From the NCBI GenBank assembly GCA_021772435.1, contig JAJFLZ010000020.1:22983-86982 (forward strand): a stretch of 64,000 bases of DNA. Reading direction: 5' to 3'. The stretch is from Chlamydiota bacterium (GTDB taxonomy: Bacteria > Chlamydiota > Chlamydiia > Chlamydiales > JACKPQ01). The position numbers were made by a program, and so were the translations under genes. The stretch's first letter is position 1. Every line of letters starts with the position of its first letter. Below the pieces are notes generated by a model. The model worked only from the letters and a program-made list of their open reading frames with translations, did not search any database and was not told the origin of the DNA. Below are positions 39,231 through 48,140 of this stretch, piece after piece.

Positions 39231-40805
39231 TTAGCGTGCTAAATATTCTTCTAAGTTGCCTTGAAAGAAATGAATGCCGTCTTTTTCAAAGGCGATGATT
39301 TTGTTGGCGACTTTACCGATGAGATCGCGGTCGTGTGAGACGATGAGTGCTGCGCCTTTAAAATCTTCGAGCCCCCAGGCAAGTGCTGAAACAGATTCGA
39401 GGTCGAGGTGGTTGTTGGGCTCATCGAGCACCAGCACGTTGTGATCAAAGAGCATCATTTTGGCAAAGAGTAGACGTGCTGTCTCTCCCCCAGAAAGGGC
39501 TTTAAGCGATTTGAACGCATCGTCACCAGCAAAGAGCATGCGACCGAGTGCGCCTCGCACATCTTGGTCGTAGAGACCTGTTTGCTGCGCTTTTAGCCAG
39601 TCAAAGGCAGTTTCGTCGGATGATTTGTCGATGGCGTCGTTGTGGTTTTGTGGAAAATAGCCAATGTCAGCTTGGTGTCCGCGCTCTACGGTTCCGCTGT
39701 CTGGCTCTAAAACGCCGGCTAGCATTTTGAGAAGGGTAGTTTTACCGCGGCCGTTATTTCCGATGACTCCGACCTTATCGCCCCGCTCGAGTTCAAATGA
39801 AAAATTGGAAAAAACTTCTTTGTCGTAGGATTTGCCAATTTTTTTGCATTTGAGTGCAACCTTGCCAGAGGCTTTTTCAGGGAGCTTGAAGCGAATATAG
39901 GGGCGTTGAATGTTGGTTTTTTTTTGCTCACCAGGTTTCAAACGTTCGATTTCGCGCAGGCGCGATTGCACTTGCGAGGCCCGTGTTCCAGCGCCGAACT
40001 TTTGAACGAATTCTTGCAACTGGGCAACTTTTTTCTCTTTGGACTTAGCCTCAGCGGTCATGCGCTCGGAGGCAGCTGATTTAGCAACGATCATTTGATC
40101 ATAGTTGCCGGTGTAGGTGATGATGGTGTCGTAGTCGATGTCGGCAATATCGGTTGTGACGCTGTTAAGAAAGTGGCGATCGTGTGAGACGACAATAAGC
40201 GTACCAGTGAAATCCATCAGGAATTTTTCGAGCCACGAGATGGATTCTAAATCTAGGTGGTTTGTTGGCTCATCGAGAAGAAGGGCTTCGGGTTCACCAA
40301 AGAGAGATTGGCAAAGCATAGCTCTAAATTGGTAATCGCTTGGAGTCTCTTTCATTTTTTGATTGTGGCAATCTTCAGGAATGCCCATGCCGCTAAGTAG
40401 CATTTCCGCATCAGATTCTGCAGTGTAGCCATTTTCTATTGCAACGATCTCTTCTAAGTCACCAAGACGCATGCCAATCTCATTGGTCATCTCTTTTTCG
40501 TACAGAAGCTCGCGCTCAGAGAGGGTTGCCCAGAGCCTAGCATTACCCATGATGACGACATCGATCAGCGTGTTTTCCTGGAAATCTTCGATATTTTGGC
40601 GCAAATAGCCGGTGCGTTTCGGCAGCACGATTTCGCCAGAATTGGCCTCAATTTGGCCGATCATGATTTTTAGAAGTGTGGATTTGCCTGCGCCATTAGG
40701 ACCTGTTAAACCATAGCGCTTGCCAGCTTCGAAAGAAGCTGATACATTTTCAAATAGAAGACGAGCTCCCATTTTCTTGCTTATGTCTTTTAATACAACG
40801 GCCAT
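39231..40805 (-). CDS. ABC-F family ATPase (two ABC domains, no TM domain)
   Basis: GPNGAGKST and GNNGRGKTT Walker A motifs, LSGGE signature, 524 aa. Confidence 0.88.
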   Translation of the reverse strand: MAVVLKDISKKMGARLLFENVSASFEAGKRYGLTGPNGAGKSTLLKIMIGQIEANSGEIVLPKRTGYLRQNIEDFQENTLIDVVIMGNARLWATLSERELLYEKEMTNEIGMRLGDLEEIVAIENGYTAESDAEMLLSGMGIPEDCHNQKMKETPSDYQFRAMLCQSLFGEPEALLLDEPTNHLDLESISWLEKFLMDFTGTLIVVSHDRHFLNSVTTDIADIDYDTIITYTGNYDQMIVAKSAASERMTAEAKSKEKKVAQLQEFVQKFGAGTRASQVQSRLREIERLKPGEQKKTNIQRPYIRFKLPEKASGKVALKCKKIGKSYDKEVFSNFSFELERGDKVGVIGNNGRGKTTLLKMLAGVLEPDSGTVERGHQADIGYFPQNHNDAIDKSSDETAFDWLKAQQTGLYDQDVRGALGRMLFAGDDAFKSLKALSGGETARLLFAKMMLFDHNVLVLDEPNNHLDLESVSALAWGLEDFKGAALIVSHDRDLIGKVANKIIAFEKDGIHFFQGNLEEYLAR

Positions 40806-40873
40806 AGGACGAGTTTACCATAAATGAGACCTCAATGCAACTTCATTAAAGCAAATGACGAAGAGGTCTCGAG

Positions 40874-41749
40874 ATGAAAAATGCTGTCTCTAAATTTTTA
40901 CATCAATTAGAAGCGATTAGCGGAGCATCTCCTCATACTATTCGTAATTATCGCCTTGATTTAGAAGCGTTTTTAACTTTTATAAAAAAAGATTGTACAC
41001 CAAATCAGGTTACAAAGGGCATGGTGCGTTCTTATTTGGCAGAGCTGAATCTAAAAGGCGCTAAAAAACGCACGGTACAGAGAAGGCTCTCGTCGTTAAG
41101 GTCTTTTTTTAAATTTGCATTAAAGCAAAAATGGGTGGAAGCTAGCCCACTAGAATCGATCGAAAGTCCAAAGCTCGATAAACCCCTGCCTAAAGCCATA
41201 AGCTGTGAGCAAATCAAAAATTTATTTAATCAACCGAATACGCAAAACCTTCTCGGCTTGCGCGACCGGGCGATGTTAGAGCTTTTTTACAGTTCAGGTT
41301 TGCGCGTGAGCGAGCTTGTAGGTTTAGAGATCAATGATTTTGATTTTAAGGCTCTGCGCATGCGTGTCAAAGGTAAGGGGAAAAAAGAGCGGATATTACC
41401 TGTGACAAAAAACGCAGCGACCTGGGTAGCTGATTATTTGGGCCATCCAGATCGAAAAGCAAAAGACTACGATGCCATCTTTTTAAATAGGTTTGGGACG
41501 CGCATTACCGTGCGCTCTATTGATAGGCTGTTTAAGAAGTATTTGTTGCAAAGTGGAATTGCAAGTTCTGTGACGCCGCATACCATTCGACATACCATTG
41601 CCACGCATTGGCTAGAAAATGGCATGGATCTCAAAACCATTCAAACGCTACTTGGGCATAGTAATTTAGCAACAACAACTATTTATACAAAAGTTTCCAC
41701 GCGCTTAAAAAAAGAAGCTTACGATAAAGCGCACCCTAGGGCAAAGTGA
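40874..41749 (+). CDS. tyrosine recombinase, XerC/XerD family
   Basis: HTIRHTIATHWLENGMDLKTIQTLLGHSNLATTTIYTKV. Confidence 0.85.
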   Translation: MKNAVSKFLHQLEAISGASPHTIRNYRLDLEAFLTFIKKDCTPNQVTKGMVRSYLAELNLKGAKKRTVQRRLSSLRSFFKFALKQKWVEASPLESIESPKLDKPLPKAISCEQIKNLFNQPNTQNLLGLRDRAMLELFYSSGLRVSELVGLEINDFDFKALRMRVKGKGKKERILPVTKNAATWVADYLGHPDRKAKDYDAIFLNRFGTRITVRSIDRLFKKYLLQSGIASSVTPHTIRHTIATHWLENGMDLKTIQTLLGHSNLATTTIYTKVSTRLKKEAYDKAHPRAK

Positions 41750-42599
41750 TCTGAGTTAAAAGGCCTTGGTGATCAGATAGGGGAGGCGCTTTGTTGTGCA
41801 AGGAATAGAAAGGGACTAAGGTTGTGTGCATAGCGGGTGCTGATTTTCCGTAAAAAAGAACATAATCATAGATCACATATTCGGGACCGGTGGGTGTGGA
41901 CCACTTGTTGAATACCTCAGAGCAAGTAGCATCGCTTGGCGTGCAATAAACGCGGTTTTGGTTGTAGGGGTCAAAAAATGCAGTAGGTAAGATCGATAAA
42001 TTGTAAGAGGGTGTCCCCCAAGCAATGTTGAGATCTCCTACGACAAACGTGTCTTGATGCAGCTGCTTAGCTAATTGAGATAGCTGAGTGTTTTGCAAAG
42101 CTCCGTTTCTAGATTTGTTAGCCTCTAAGTGTGTGTTTACAAAAGCTGCAAAAGAAGTTTCAAAAAGGAAAGCCCCTCTAGAAACCCCGAACTGATTTTT
42201 TTTAAATGGTTTGTAATTGGCGTTTTGAATCGAAAATTTACTGGCTACAAAAAGACCGCTATTGAGACCAATCCATTTTGGATCGATGTCGTAATAAAAA
42301 ACAGCGTACGAGGGTTTTAGACGCTCGATGAGCTTTTTTGCAGCTAAGTTAGAATAGACCTCTTGCAAGCAAATGACATCGGGATTGAGCTCTTGAATCT
42401 TTGCGATGAGGCCATTAATACGACTTGGCCACGGTGGCATGCCGTCAGTAAAGTAAGAGAGGGGATAAGGCAAACATAACGTGTTTAGAGAAAAGAGGGT
42501 AAAAGATTCCGTAGGGGATTTAGCTGGTAACTCACCTTGTTTTATTGAAAAAGGAGACGCTAGAAGAGAGGTGCAAATAAAAAAAAGTAAAAAGCGCAT
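41736..42599 (-). CDS. secreted endonuclease/exonuclease/phosphatase (EEP) family protein
   Basis: Signal peptide MRFLLFFICTSLLA, VICLQEV, C-terminal SDHQGL. Confidence 0.7.
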   Translation of the reverse strand: MRFLLFFICTSLLASPFSIKQGELPAKSPTESFTLFSLNTLCLPYPLSYFTDGMPPWPSRINGLIAKIQELNPDVICLQEVYSNLAAKKLIERLKPSYAVFYYDIDPKWIGLNSGLFVASKFSIQNANYKPFKKNQFGVSRGAFLFETSFAAFVNTHLEANKSRNGALQNTQLSQLAKQLHQDTFVVGDLNIAWGTPSYNLSILPTAFFDPYNQNRVYCTPSDATCSEVFNKWSTPTGPEYVIYDYVLFYGKSAPAMHTTLVPFYSLHNKAPPLSDHQGLLTQITLP

Positions 42600-42616
42600 G
42601 CTTTGAGCTATAGCAT

Positions 42617-42731
42617 AACGCTAGCCTGGGATCAAATGTCTATGAGATTGCGTAGATTTTTGATGAGTTTTTCCTGGAAAGGTCGTAAAAAGATAGGTTA
42701 TATCATGGGCAGTTGATCCCAGGCTGGCGTT
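42617..42731. repeat. 19-bp inverted repeat enclosing 77 bp
   Basis: AACGCTAGCCTGGGATCAA (42617-35) pairs with TTGATCCCAGGCTGGCGTT (42713-31), with 1 mismatch. Confidence 0.6.
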
Positions 42732-42747
42732 AGTATATGCAAAAAAT

Positions 42748-43248
42748 GTGGGAAAGGGATAAGCCGGATTCTGTGTTTGGCAATCATTCCTCTAGGGTGG
42801 GTATTGCTACCACATCTCAAGCGTTTATTGAATCAAATAAGCGGACAACTTTAGTAACCTGAATTTCTTCGTTTATATCACTTATCTTCAGGCATTTTAG
42901 TCGCCATCTTGCACCCTTTTTGTGCTCATCTATAGCTTTTGGCTATCGAATCGCAAAAAATGGCACAATCTGTCACCTAATCTGCTCTGAATCTAAATAA
43001 TCTAAACCCGAAACTCAGGTTAGTATTTAATTCTCTTGCTTCGGATAGGGTTTACAGGCAAGGATTATTACTAACACCTTGGCTTGATCTCAAATCAAGC
43101 GTTTTCAGTCTATCTACTAAAAGAAGTAGCGAAATGTTTTCTGTTGCACTTTCCGTAGCCTTACGGCCCCCAGTCTTTCACTGGTATCCTGTCCTGTGAA
43201 GTCCAGACTTTCCTCTGCAAAAATTGCAGCGATTGCCTCCTTTCCCAC
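42748..43248 (-). ncRNA. rnpB: RNase P RNA (bacterial type A) interrupted by a 166-bp MITE
   Basis: The minus strand reads GUGGGAAAGG...GAGGAAAGUCUGGAC...AGUGCAACAGAAAAC...GUAAACCCUAUCCGAAGCAAG...[insert]...ACAGAAUCCGGCUUAUCCCUUUCCCAC. It has universal RNase P signature blocks and P1 pairing of the ends. Confidence 0.85.
42856..43021 (+). mobile_element. MITE-like element, 166-bp copy 3 (inside rnpB)
   Basis: Termini AACCTGAATTTCTTCGTTT...AAACCCGAAACTCAGGTT, flanked by AGT/AGT (42853-55, 43022-24). Confidence 0.88.
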
Positions 43249-44009
43249 TAAACTGTTGCTTTGCGTCTGCGGCGTCTTGGTGCTTCGCCTTCTGGGGTTT
43301 CAGTTTCCTGTTGCCAGAAGTGAATACGTGAGCAATGCTCACAAAAGACCAAGTTTTCTCCTTTACGCACGAGGTTTTCGTGCTGCGGAGTTAAAGCGAT
43401 GTGACAGCCAGCGCATGTGCGGTTCTCTAAAGGAACAACGACACGGTCTTTTTTATTATTGACTAGGCGTTGGTAAACCTTAAGAGCGTGCGCATCTGCT
43501 CCTTCGGCGATTTTATCGCGTTGTTGCTTTAAAGCTTGGCCTTCGACGTTGACTTTTTCGATTGTCGACTTAATTTCAGCTTCAACTTCCTTGCTGCTTT
43601 CCGCAGTCGTTGATAGGCTCTCCTTAATCTTGACCTCGACTTCTTCTTCGGCCATACGCTTATCTGTTAAATCTGAAATCTGCTGCTCTAGAGCGATCTT
43701 TTGACGCTCAGCTGCTGTCATTTCTTGTGTCAGTGCGTTAAACTCATCGACTTTTTTGACGCTTGATTGGCGCGATTCCAAGCTTTTAATGCGACTGGTT
43801 AGTTCAGAGAGTTGCTCTTCGAGCATTTTGATATCGGTATTGAAATTTTTAATTTCCTCAACCTTTTTCTCAAGCTGAACGTGGAGCTCTTGACGCAGAG
43901 CTTCGATCTGACGAAGTTCTTTTTGTCTTTCGCGTTTAACATCCATCAGCTGAATCATCTTGATATCGAGCTCTTGAATTTCCAAAATGGTTTTTAGGGC
44001 AGCGAGCAT
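43248..44009 (-). CDS. coiled-coil protein with a C-terminal C4 zinc ribbon (COG1579-like)
   Basis: Long heptad-rich region followed by CAGCHIALTPQ...FCEHCSRI. Confidence 0.65.
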   Translation of the reverse strand: MLAALKTILEIQELDIKMIQLMDVKRERQKELRQIEALRQELHVQLEKKVEEIKNFNTDIKMLEEQLSELTSRIKSLESRQSSVKKVDEFNALTQEMTAAERQKIALEQQISDLTDKRMAEEEVEVKIKESLSTTAESSKEVEAEIKSTIEKVNVEGQALKQQRDKIAEGADAHALKVYQRLVNNKKDRVVVPLENRTCAGCHIALTPQHENLVRKGENLVFCEHCSRIHFWQQETETPEGEAPRRRRRKATV

Positions 44010-44200
44010 GCTAAATCCTTAACGTAGTAATTCTAGATCGCATTAGGATAACCGATTCAGAGGTGGAAATTCAAGTTAAATTTCTTGTAGAATGTAATAA
44101 TGCTTAAGTTGTTAATAATAAGTGAATTAAATTAATGTAAAACTGCTTTACATCTGTTAGGGGATTGAAAGTAATGGTCTAGTTAGGTTTACTGTGGCTT

Positions 44201-45727
44201 ATGGGAAATTTACAAAACTACTTAGCAAATTGTCCTCAGGACCAGCAAAAAAGCGAGACGATCGCCTATTTGGCAGCGCTTGATTGCCTGAACAAAAACT
44301 GCCCACAAGTAGCACGAGCCATTACATCCGAGCTTGAAAGTCAAAGAAATTGTTTAAAAATGATCGCCTCAGAAAATTATTCCTCTTTGCCTGTACAGCT
44401 GGCCATGGGCAATCTACTCACAGACAAATACGCTGAAGGTTATTCCCACCACAGATTCTATGCCGGTTGTGAAAACGTCGATACCGTTGAAGATTTAGCC
44501 ACAAGCGAGGCCAAAAAGCTCTTCGGTGCCGATCACGCTTACGTGCAGCCGCACTCTGGCATCGATGCCAATCTCGTGGCTTTTTGGTCTATCCTCATTC
44601 ATACCGTACAAAATCCCGAAATTGAGGCGCTTCAAAAAAAGAGTATCTTTGATCTGTCGGAAGATGAATATGAGCGCATCCGTCAAATGATGAGCAAACA
44701 GGTTTTACTTGGCATGTCGCTCAACAGTGGGGGGCACTTAACGCATGGATTTCGGCACAATGTGTCGTCAAAAATGATGCGCAGCTTTTGCTACGATGTC
44801 GATCCCACAACCCATCTTCTCGATTATGATGTCATCCGCGCGCAAGCAAAAGAGGTTAAGCCTCGCATCTTACTAGCTGGTTACTCTGCCTATCCCAGAC
44901 TCATCGACTTTGCTAAAATGAAAGAAATCGCAGATGAGGTCGGCGCTGTGCTCATGGTTGACATGGCCCACTTTGCAGGTTTAGTTGCAGGTGGTGTGAT
45001 GACTGGCAATCACAATCCCGTTCCTTTTGCAGATGTTGTGACATCCACCACGCACAAAACCCTGCGCGGCCCGCGCGGCGGAATCGTTTTATGCAAAAAC
45101 GAATTTAAGGAAATCATCGACAAAGGTTGTCCAACTGTCCTTGGTGGCCCACTGCCCCATGTTATGGCAGCAAAAGCTGTTGCTTTTCAAGAAGCCAATC
45201 GCCCAGAATTTAAAACCTACGCTAGCCAAATCGTTGCTAACTCCAAAGCGCTTGCTGAAAGACTCATGGAAAATGGCGCAACACTCACAACGGGCGGGAC
45301 TGACAATCACTTGCTGGTGATCGATGTGGCAAAAAGCTTTGGCCTAACCGGACTTCAAGCAGAAAAAGCCCTTTGCGAAGGGGGCATCACCGTTAACCGC
45401 AATGCTATTCCATTTGACATCAACGGCGCTTGGTACACATCGGGTGTTAGAATGGGAACGCCGGCACTGACTACACGTGGCATGAAAGAAAACGAGATGA
45501 AGCTCATTGCTGATAGCATCTGCAATCTGCTCAAAAGTGCTAAATCGACAACTGTAGAAAAAACAGGTAAACCCAGCCGAGCAAAAGTAGCACTTGAAGA
45601 AAGTACCTTAGCTAAAGTACAAGCAGATGTGGGAGATCTTTTAAAACAACATCCCTTATACCCAGAAATAGAACTAGAGGAGACAGAAAATGTCAGAAGA
45701 GAAAAAATCGCCATCGAGACTCGATGA
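44201..45727 (+). CDS. glyA: serine hydroxymethyltransferase (long form)
   Basis: [17 protein letters not shown]-Lys motif; 508 aa. Confidence 0.93.
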   Translation: MGNLQNYLANCPQDQQKSETIAYLAALDCLNKNCPQVARAITSELESQRNCLKMIASENYSSLPVQLAMGNLLTDKYAEGYSHHRFYAGCENVDTVEDLATSEAKKLFGADHAYVQPHSGIDANLVAFWSILIHTVQNPEIEALQKKSIFDLSEDEYERIRQMMSKQVLLGMSLNSGGHLTHGFRHNVSSKMMRSFCYDVDPTTHLLDYDVIRAQAKEVKPRILLAGYSAYPRLIDFAKMKEIADEVGAVLMVDMAHFAGLVAGGVMTGNHNPVPFADVVTSTTHKTLRGPRGGIVLCKNEFKEIIDKGCPTVLGGPLPHVMAAKAVAFQEANRPEFKTYASQIVANSKALAERLMENGATLTTGGTDNHLLVIDVAKSFGLTGLQAEKALCEGGITVNRNAIPFDINGAWYTSGVRMGTPALTTRGMKENEMKLIADSICNLLKSAKSTTVEKTGKPSRAKVALEESTLAKVQADVGDLLKQHPLYPEIELEETENVRREKIAIETR

Positions 45728-46277
45728 TAAAATTGACGACCTACTTTTAGAGCACCGCCGCCTATTTTTCTCTGCAGCTGTGGACGAGACGAGTGTGACC
45801 GATGCGATCCGCAAACTCTGGTATCTAGAGATGAAAGATCCAGGCAAGCCCATTCTTTTCGTTATCAATTCGCCAGGCGGATCTGTCGATGCAGGATTTG
45901 CAGTATGGGATCTAATCAAAATGATCACATCGCCTGTCACAACCCTTGTAACAGGACTTGCAGCCTCCATGGGATCAGTCCTCAGCCTATGCGGGGGGAA
46001 AGGGCGCCGCTTTGCAACGCCCAACGCTAGATTCATGATTCACCAGCCATCCATTCACGGTGTCATTCGTGGGCAAGCATCTGATCTTGATATTCATGCA
46101 AAAGAGATCATCAAAACACGTAACTACTTAGTGCAGCTTTACGCTGATGCTACAGGTAAAGATTTTGATACCTTAGCAAAACTCATGGATCGCGACACGT
46201 GGATGACAGCAGAAGAAGCCTTAGAATTTGGTCACATCGATGCCATCGCAAAATCCTATAAAGACCTCCAACTCTGA
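45690..46277 (+). CDS. clpP: ATP-dependent Clp protease proteolytic subunit
   Basis: [25 protein letters not shown]. Confidence 0.93.
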   Translation: MSEEKKSPSRLDDKIDDLLLEHRRLFFSAAVDETSVTDAIRKLWYLEMKDPGKPILFVINSPGGSVDAGFAVWDLIKMITSPVTTLVTGLAASMGSVLSLCGGKGRRFATPNARFMIHQPSIHGVIRGQASDLDIHAKEIIKTRNYLVQLYADATGKDFDTLAKLMDRDTWMTAEEALEFGHIDAIAKSYKDLQL

Positions 46278-46306
46278 AACCCACATTGAGCAATTACGTC
46301 TGCTCA

Positions 46307-47041
46307 ATGAGGGTTAAACCCTTGCATTTTGAAAAATGGCAGGGGGCTGGGAATGATTTTATCCTCATCGAAGATCCAGACTTTGATCCCAAGTGGACAG
46401 AGCATCTCTGCCACAGGCGTTATGGAATAGGCGCTGATGGTGTCATCTGGTTTTTGCCACCTGCTCAAATGCGTATCTTCAATGCCGATGGCACACGAGC
46501 AAATTGCTGCGGCAATGCCCTCAGATGTTTAGCCTATGCCAAAAACCTGACCTGCATCAACGGCAAGCACCATGTAAAGCCAGCATCTCAAGGCTTAGCC
46601 ATCTCGATGGGCGTTCCCAAATTTCTCACTCTCCAGACTATCGATACAGGTGTAGCTCACCACGTCGTATTCAATGGTGATTTTTCCGATGCCAAACGCT
46701 TGCGCTTTGAGCACAATGCCAACGTCAATTTTGCGAAAAAGATCTCACCTGGTAGGATCGCGATTAGGACGTATGAGAGGGGGGTGGAGAATGAGACCTA
46801 TTCATGTGGTACAGGCGCTGTTGCCGTTTGTGCCTATGCAAAAAAACACCTATCAGATCCCGGTCCCTTCACGCTTGAGTATATCTCTGGCGACACACTA
46901 TCAGTCTTTTTTGAAAACGAAGAGGCCTACCTCGTAGGCTCTGCAGAAAAAACCTTCGAGGGCACAGTAGATGTTAATTGGGATTCCAAAAGAGATCAAA
47001 AATCACGAATATCGCATCGGAGCGACAGCGCCCTACGTTAA
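46307..47041 (+). CDS. dapF: diaminopimelate epimerase
   Basis: GAGNDFILI, NADGTRANCCGNALRC, SCGTGAVA. The start could be 46286. The 3' end overlaps ald by 71 nt. Confidence 0.85.
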   Translation: MRVKPLHFEKWQGAGNDFILIEDPDFDPKWTEHLCHRRYGIGADGVIWFLPPAQMRIFNADGTRANCCGNALRCLAYAKNLTCINGKHHVKPASQGLAISMGVPKFLTLQTIDTGVAHHVVFNGDFSDAKRLRFEHNANVNFAKKISPGRIAIRTYERGVENETYSCGTGAVAVCAYAKKHLSDPGPFTLEYISGDTLSVFFENEEAYLVGSAEKTFEGTVDVNWDSKRDQKSRISHRSDSALR

Positions 47042-48080
47042 AATGCTCACTCAAGCTGGGCATCAAGTCATTGTTGAAACAAATGCAGGCGATGCGATCG
47101 GCTTTTCAGATGACGATTATATCCAAGCCGGCGGTAAAATTGTTCCCGATGCCAAATCAGTCTACGATGCGGAAATGATCATCAAGGTCAAGGAACCCCA
47201 ACCACAAGAATACCCCTTACTTAAAGAAGACCAAATTCTTTTCTGCTACCTCCATCTAGCTCCCGATCCGAAGCAAACAGAAGCCCTACTCAAACAAAAA
47301 GTCATCGCCATTGCCTACGAGACCGTGCTCGACAACGAAGGTCGATTGCCACTGCTCACTCCCATGAGTGAAATCGCAGGTCGCATCTCCGTTCAAGCAG
47401 GAGCAACAGCACTGCAGATGATCCACGGCGGGAAAGGCGTTTTGCTTGGCGGCGTGCCAGGCGTTCATCCGGCAAAAGTCATCGTTATCGGCGGGGGCGT
47501 TGTCGGCACACAAGCAGCTCGCATGGCTTTTGGCTTAGGCGCCGATGTGACTCTCATGGATCGCAACATGAGCCGCCTGCGCGATGTTGACGAAACCTAC
47601 CGTTTTCGCATTCGCACCCTTTTCTCCACACCGCATGCGATCGAGCAAGCCGTTAAAAGCGCTGATCTCGTCATCGGTGCCGTGCTCGTTCCCGGCGCCA
47701 AAGCGCCGAAACTCGTCACTCGCGACATGCTCAAAAACATGGAGCCGGGCTCGGTCCTCGTTGACGTTGCCATCGACCAAGGCGGCTGCTTTGAAACCTC
47801 GAAGCCTACCACGCACTCGGACCCCACCTACATAATCGACGACATCGTGCACTATTGCGTAACCAACATGCCAGGCGCTTGCGCCAAAACAGCTACCGTG
47901 GCCCTCACAAATGTCACCTTTTCCTACGCCTTATCCATTGCAAGCAAAGGCTGGAAAAAAGCCCTCAAAGACGATCCATTCCTTTGTGCTGGCTTAAACA
48001 CCTGTCAAGGCCACATTACTAATCAACCCGTTGCTGAAGCATTAGGTCAATCCTACACCCCAGCGGAAAAATTTCTTTAA
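46971..48080 (+). CDS. ald: alanine dehydrogenase
   Basis: MLIGIPKEIKNHEYRIG, VIGGGVVGTQAARMAFGLGA Rossmann motif. Confidence 0.9.
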   Translation: MLIGIPKEIKNHEYRIGATAPYVKMLTQAGHQVIVETNAGDAIGFSDDDYIQAGGKIVPDAKSVYDAEMIIKVKEPQPQEYPLLKEDQILFCYLHLAPDPKQTEALLKQKVIAIAYETVLDNEGRLPLLTPMSEIAGRISVQAGATALQMIHGGKGVLLGGVPGVHPAKVIVIGGGVVGTQAARMAFGLGADVTLMDRNMSRLRDVDETYRFRIRTLFSTPHAIEQAVKSADLVIGAVLVPGAKAPKLVTRDMLKNMEPGSVLVDVAIDQGGCFETSKPTTHSDPTYIIDDIVHYCVTNMPGACAKTATVALTNVTFSYALSIASKGWKKALKDDPFLCAGLNTCQGHITNQPVAEALGQSYTPAEKFL

Positions 48081-48140
48081 ATATCAAAATTTGTCTTCAA
48101 TGTTAGGTTGTGCTAAAATAGACCGAATTTATAGGTGCAA

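Noticed and set aside
43196-43462. 88-aa plus-strand ORF
   Set aside because: It is antisense to the rnpB 5' end and the zinc-ribbon gene.
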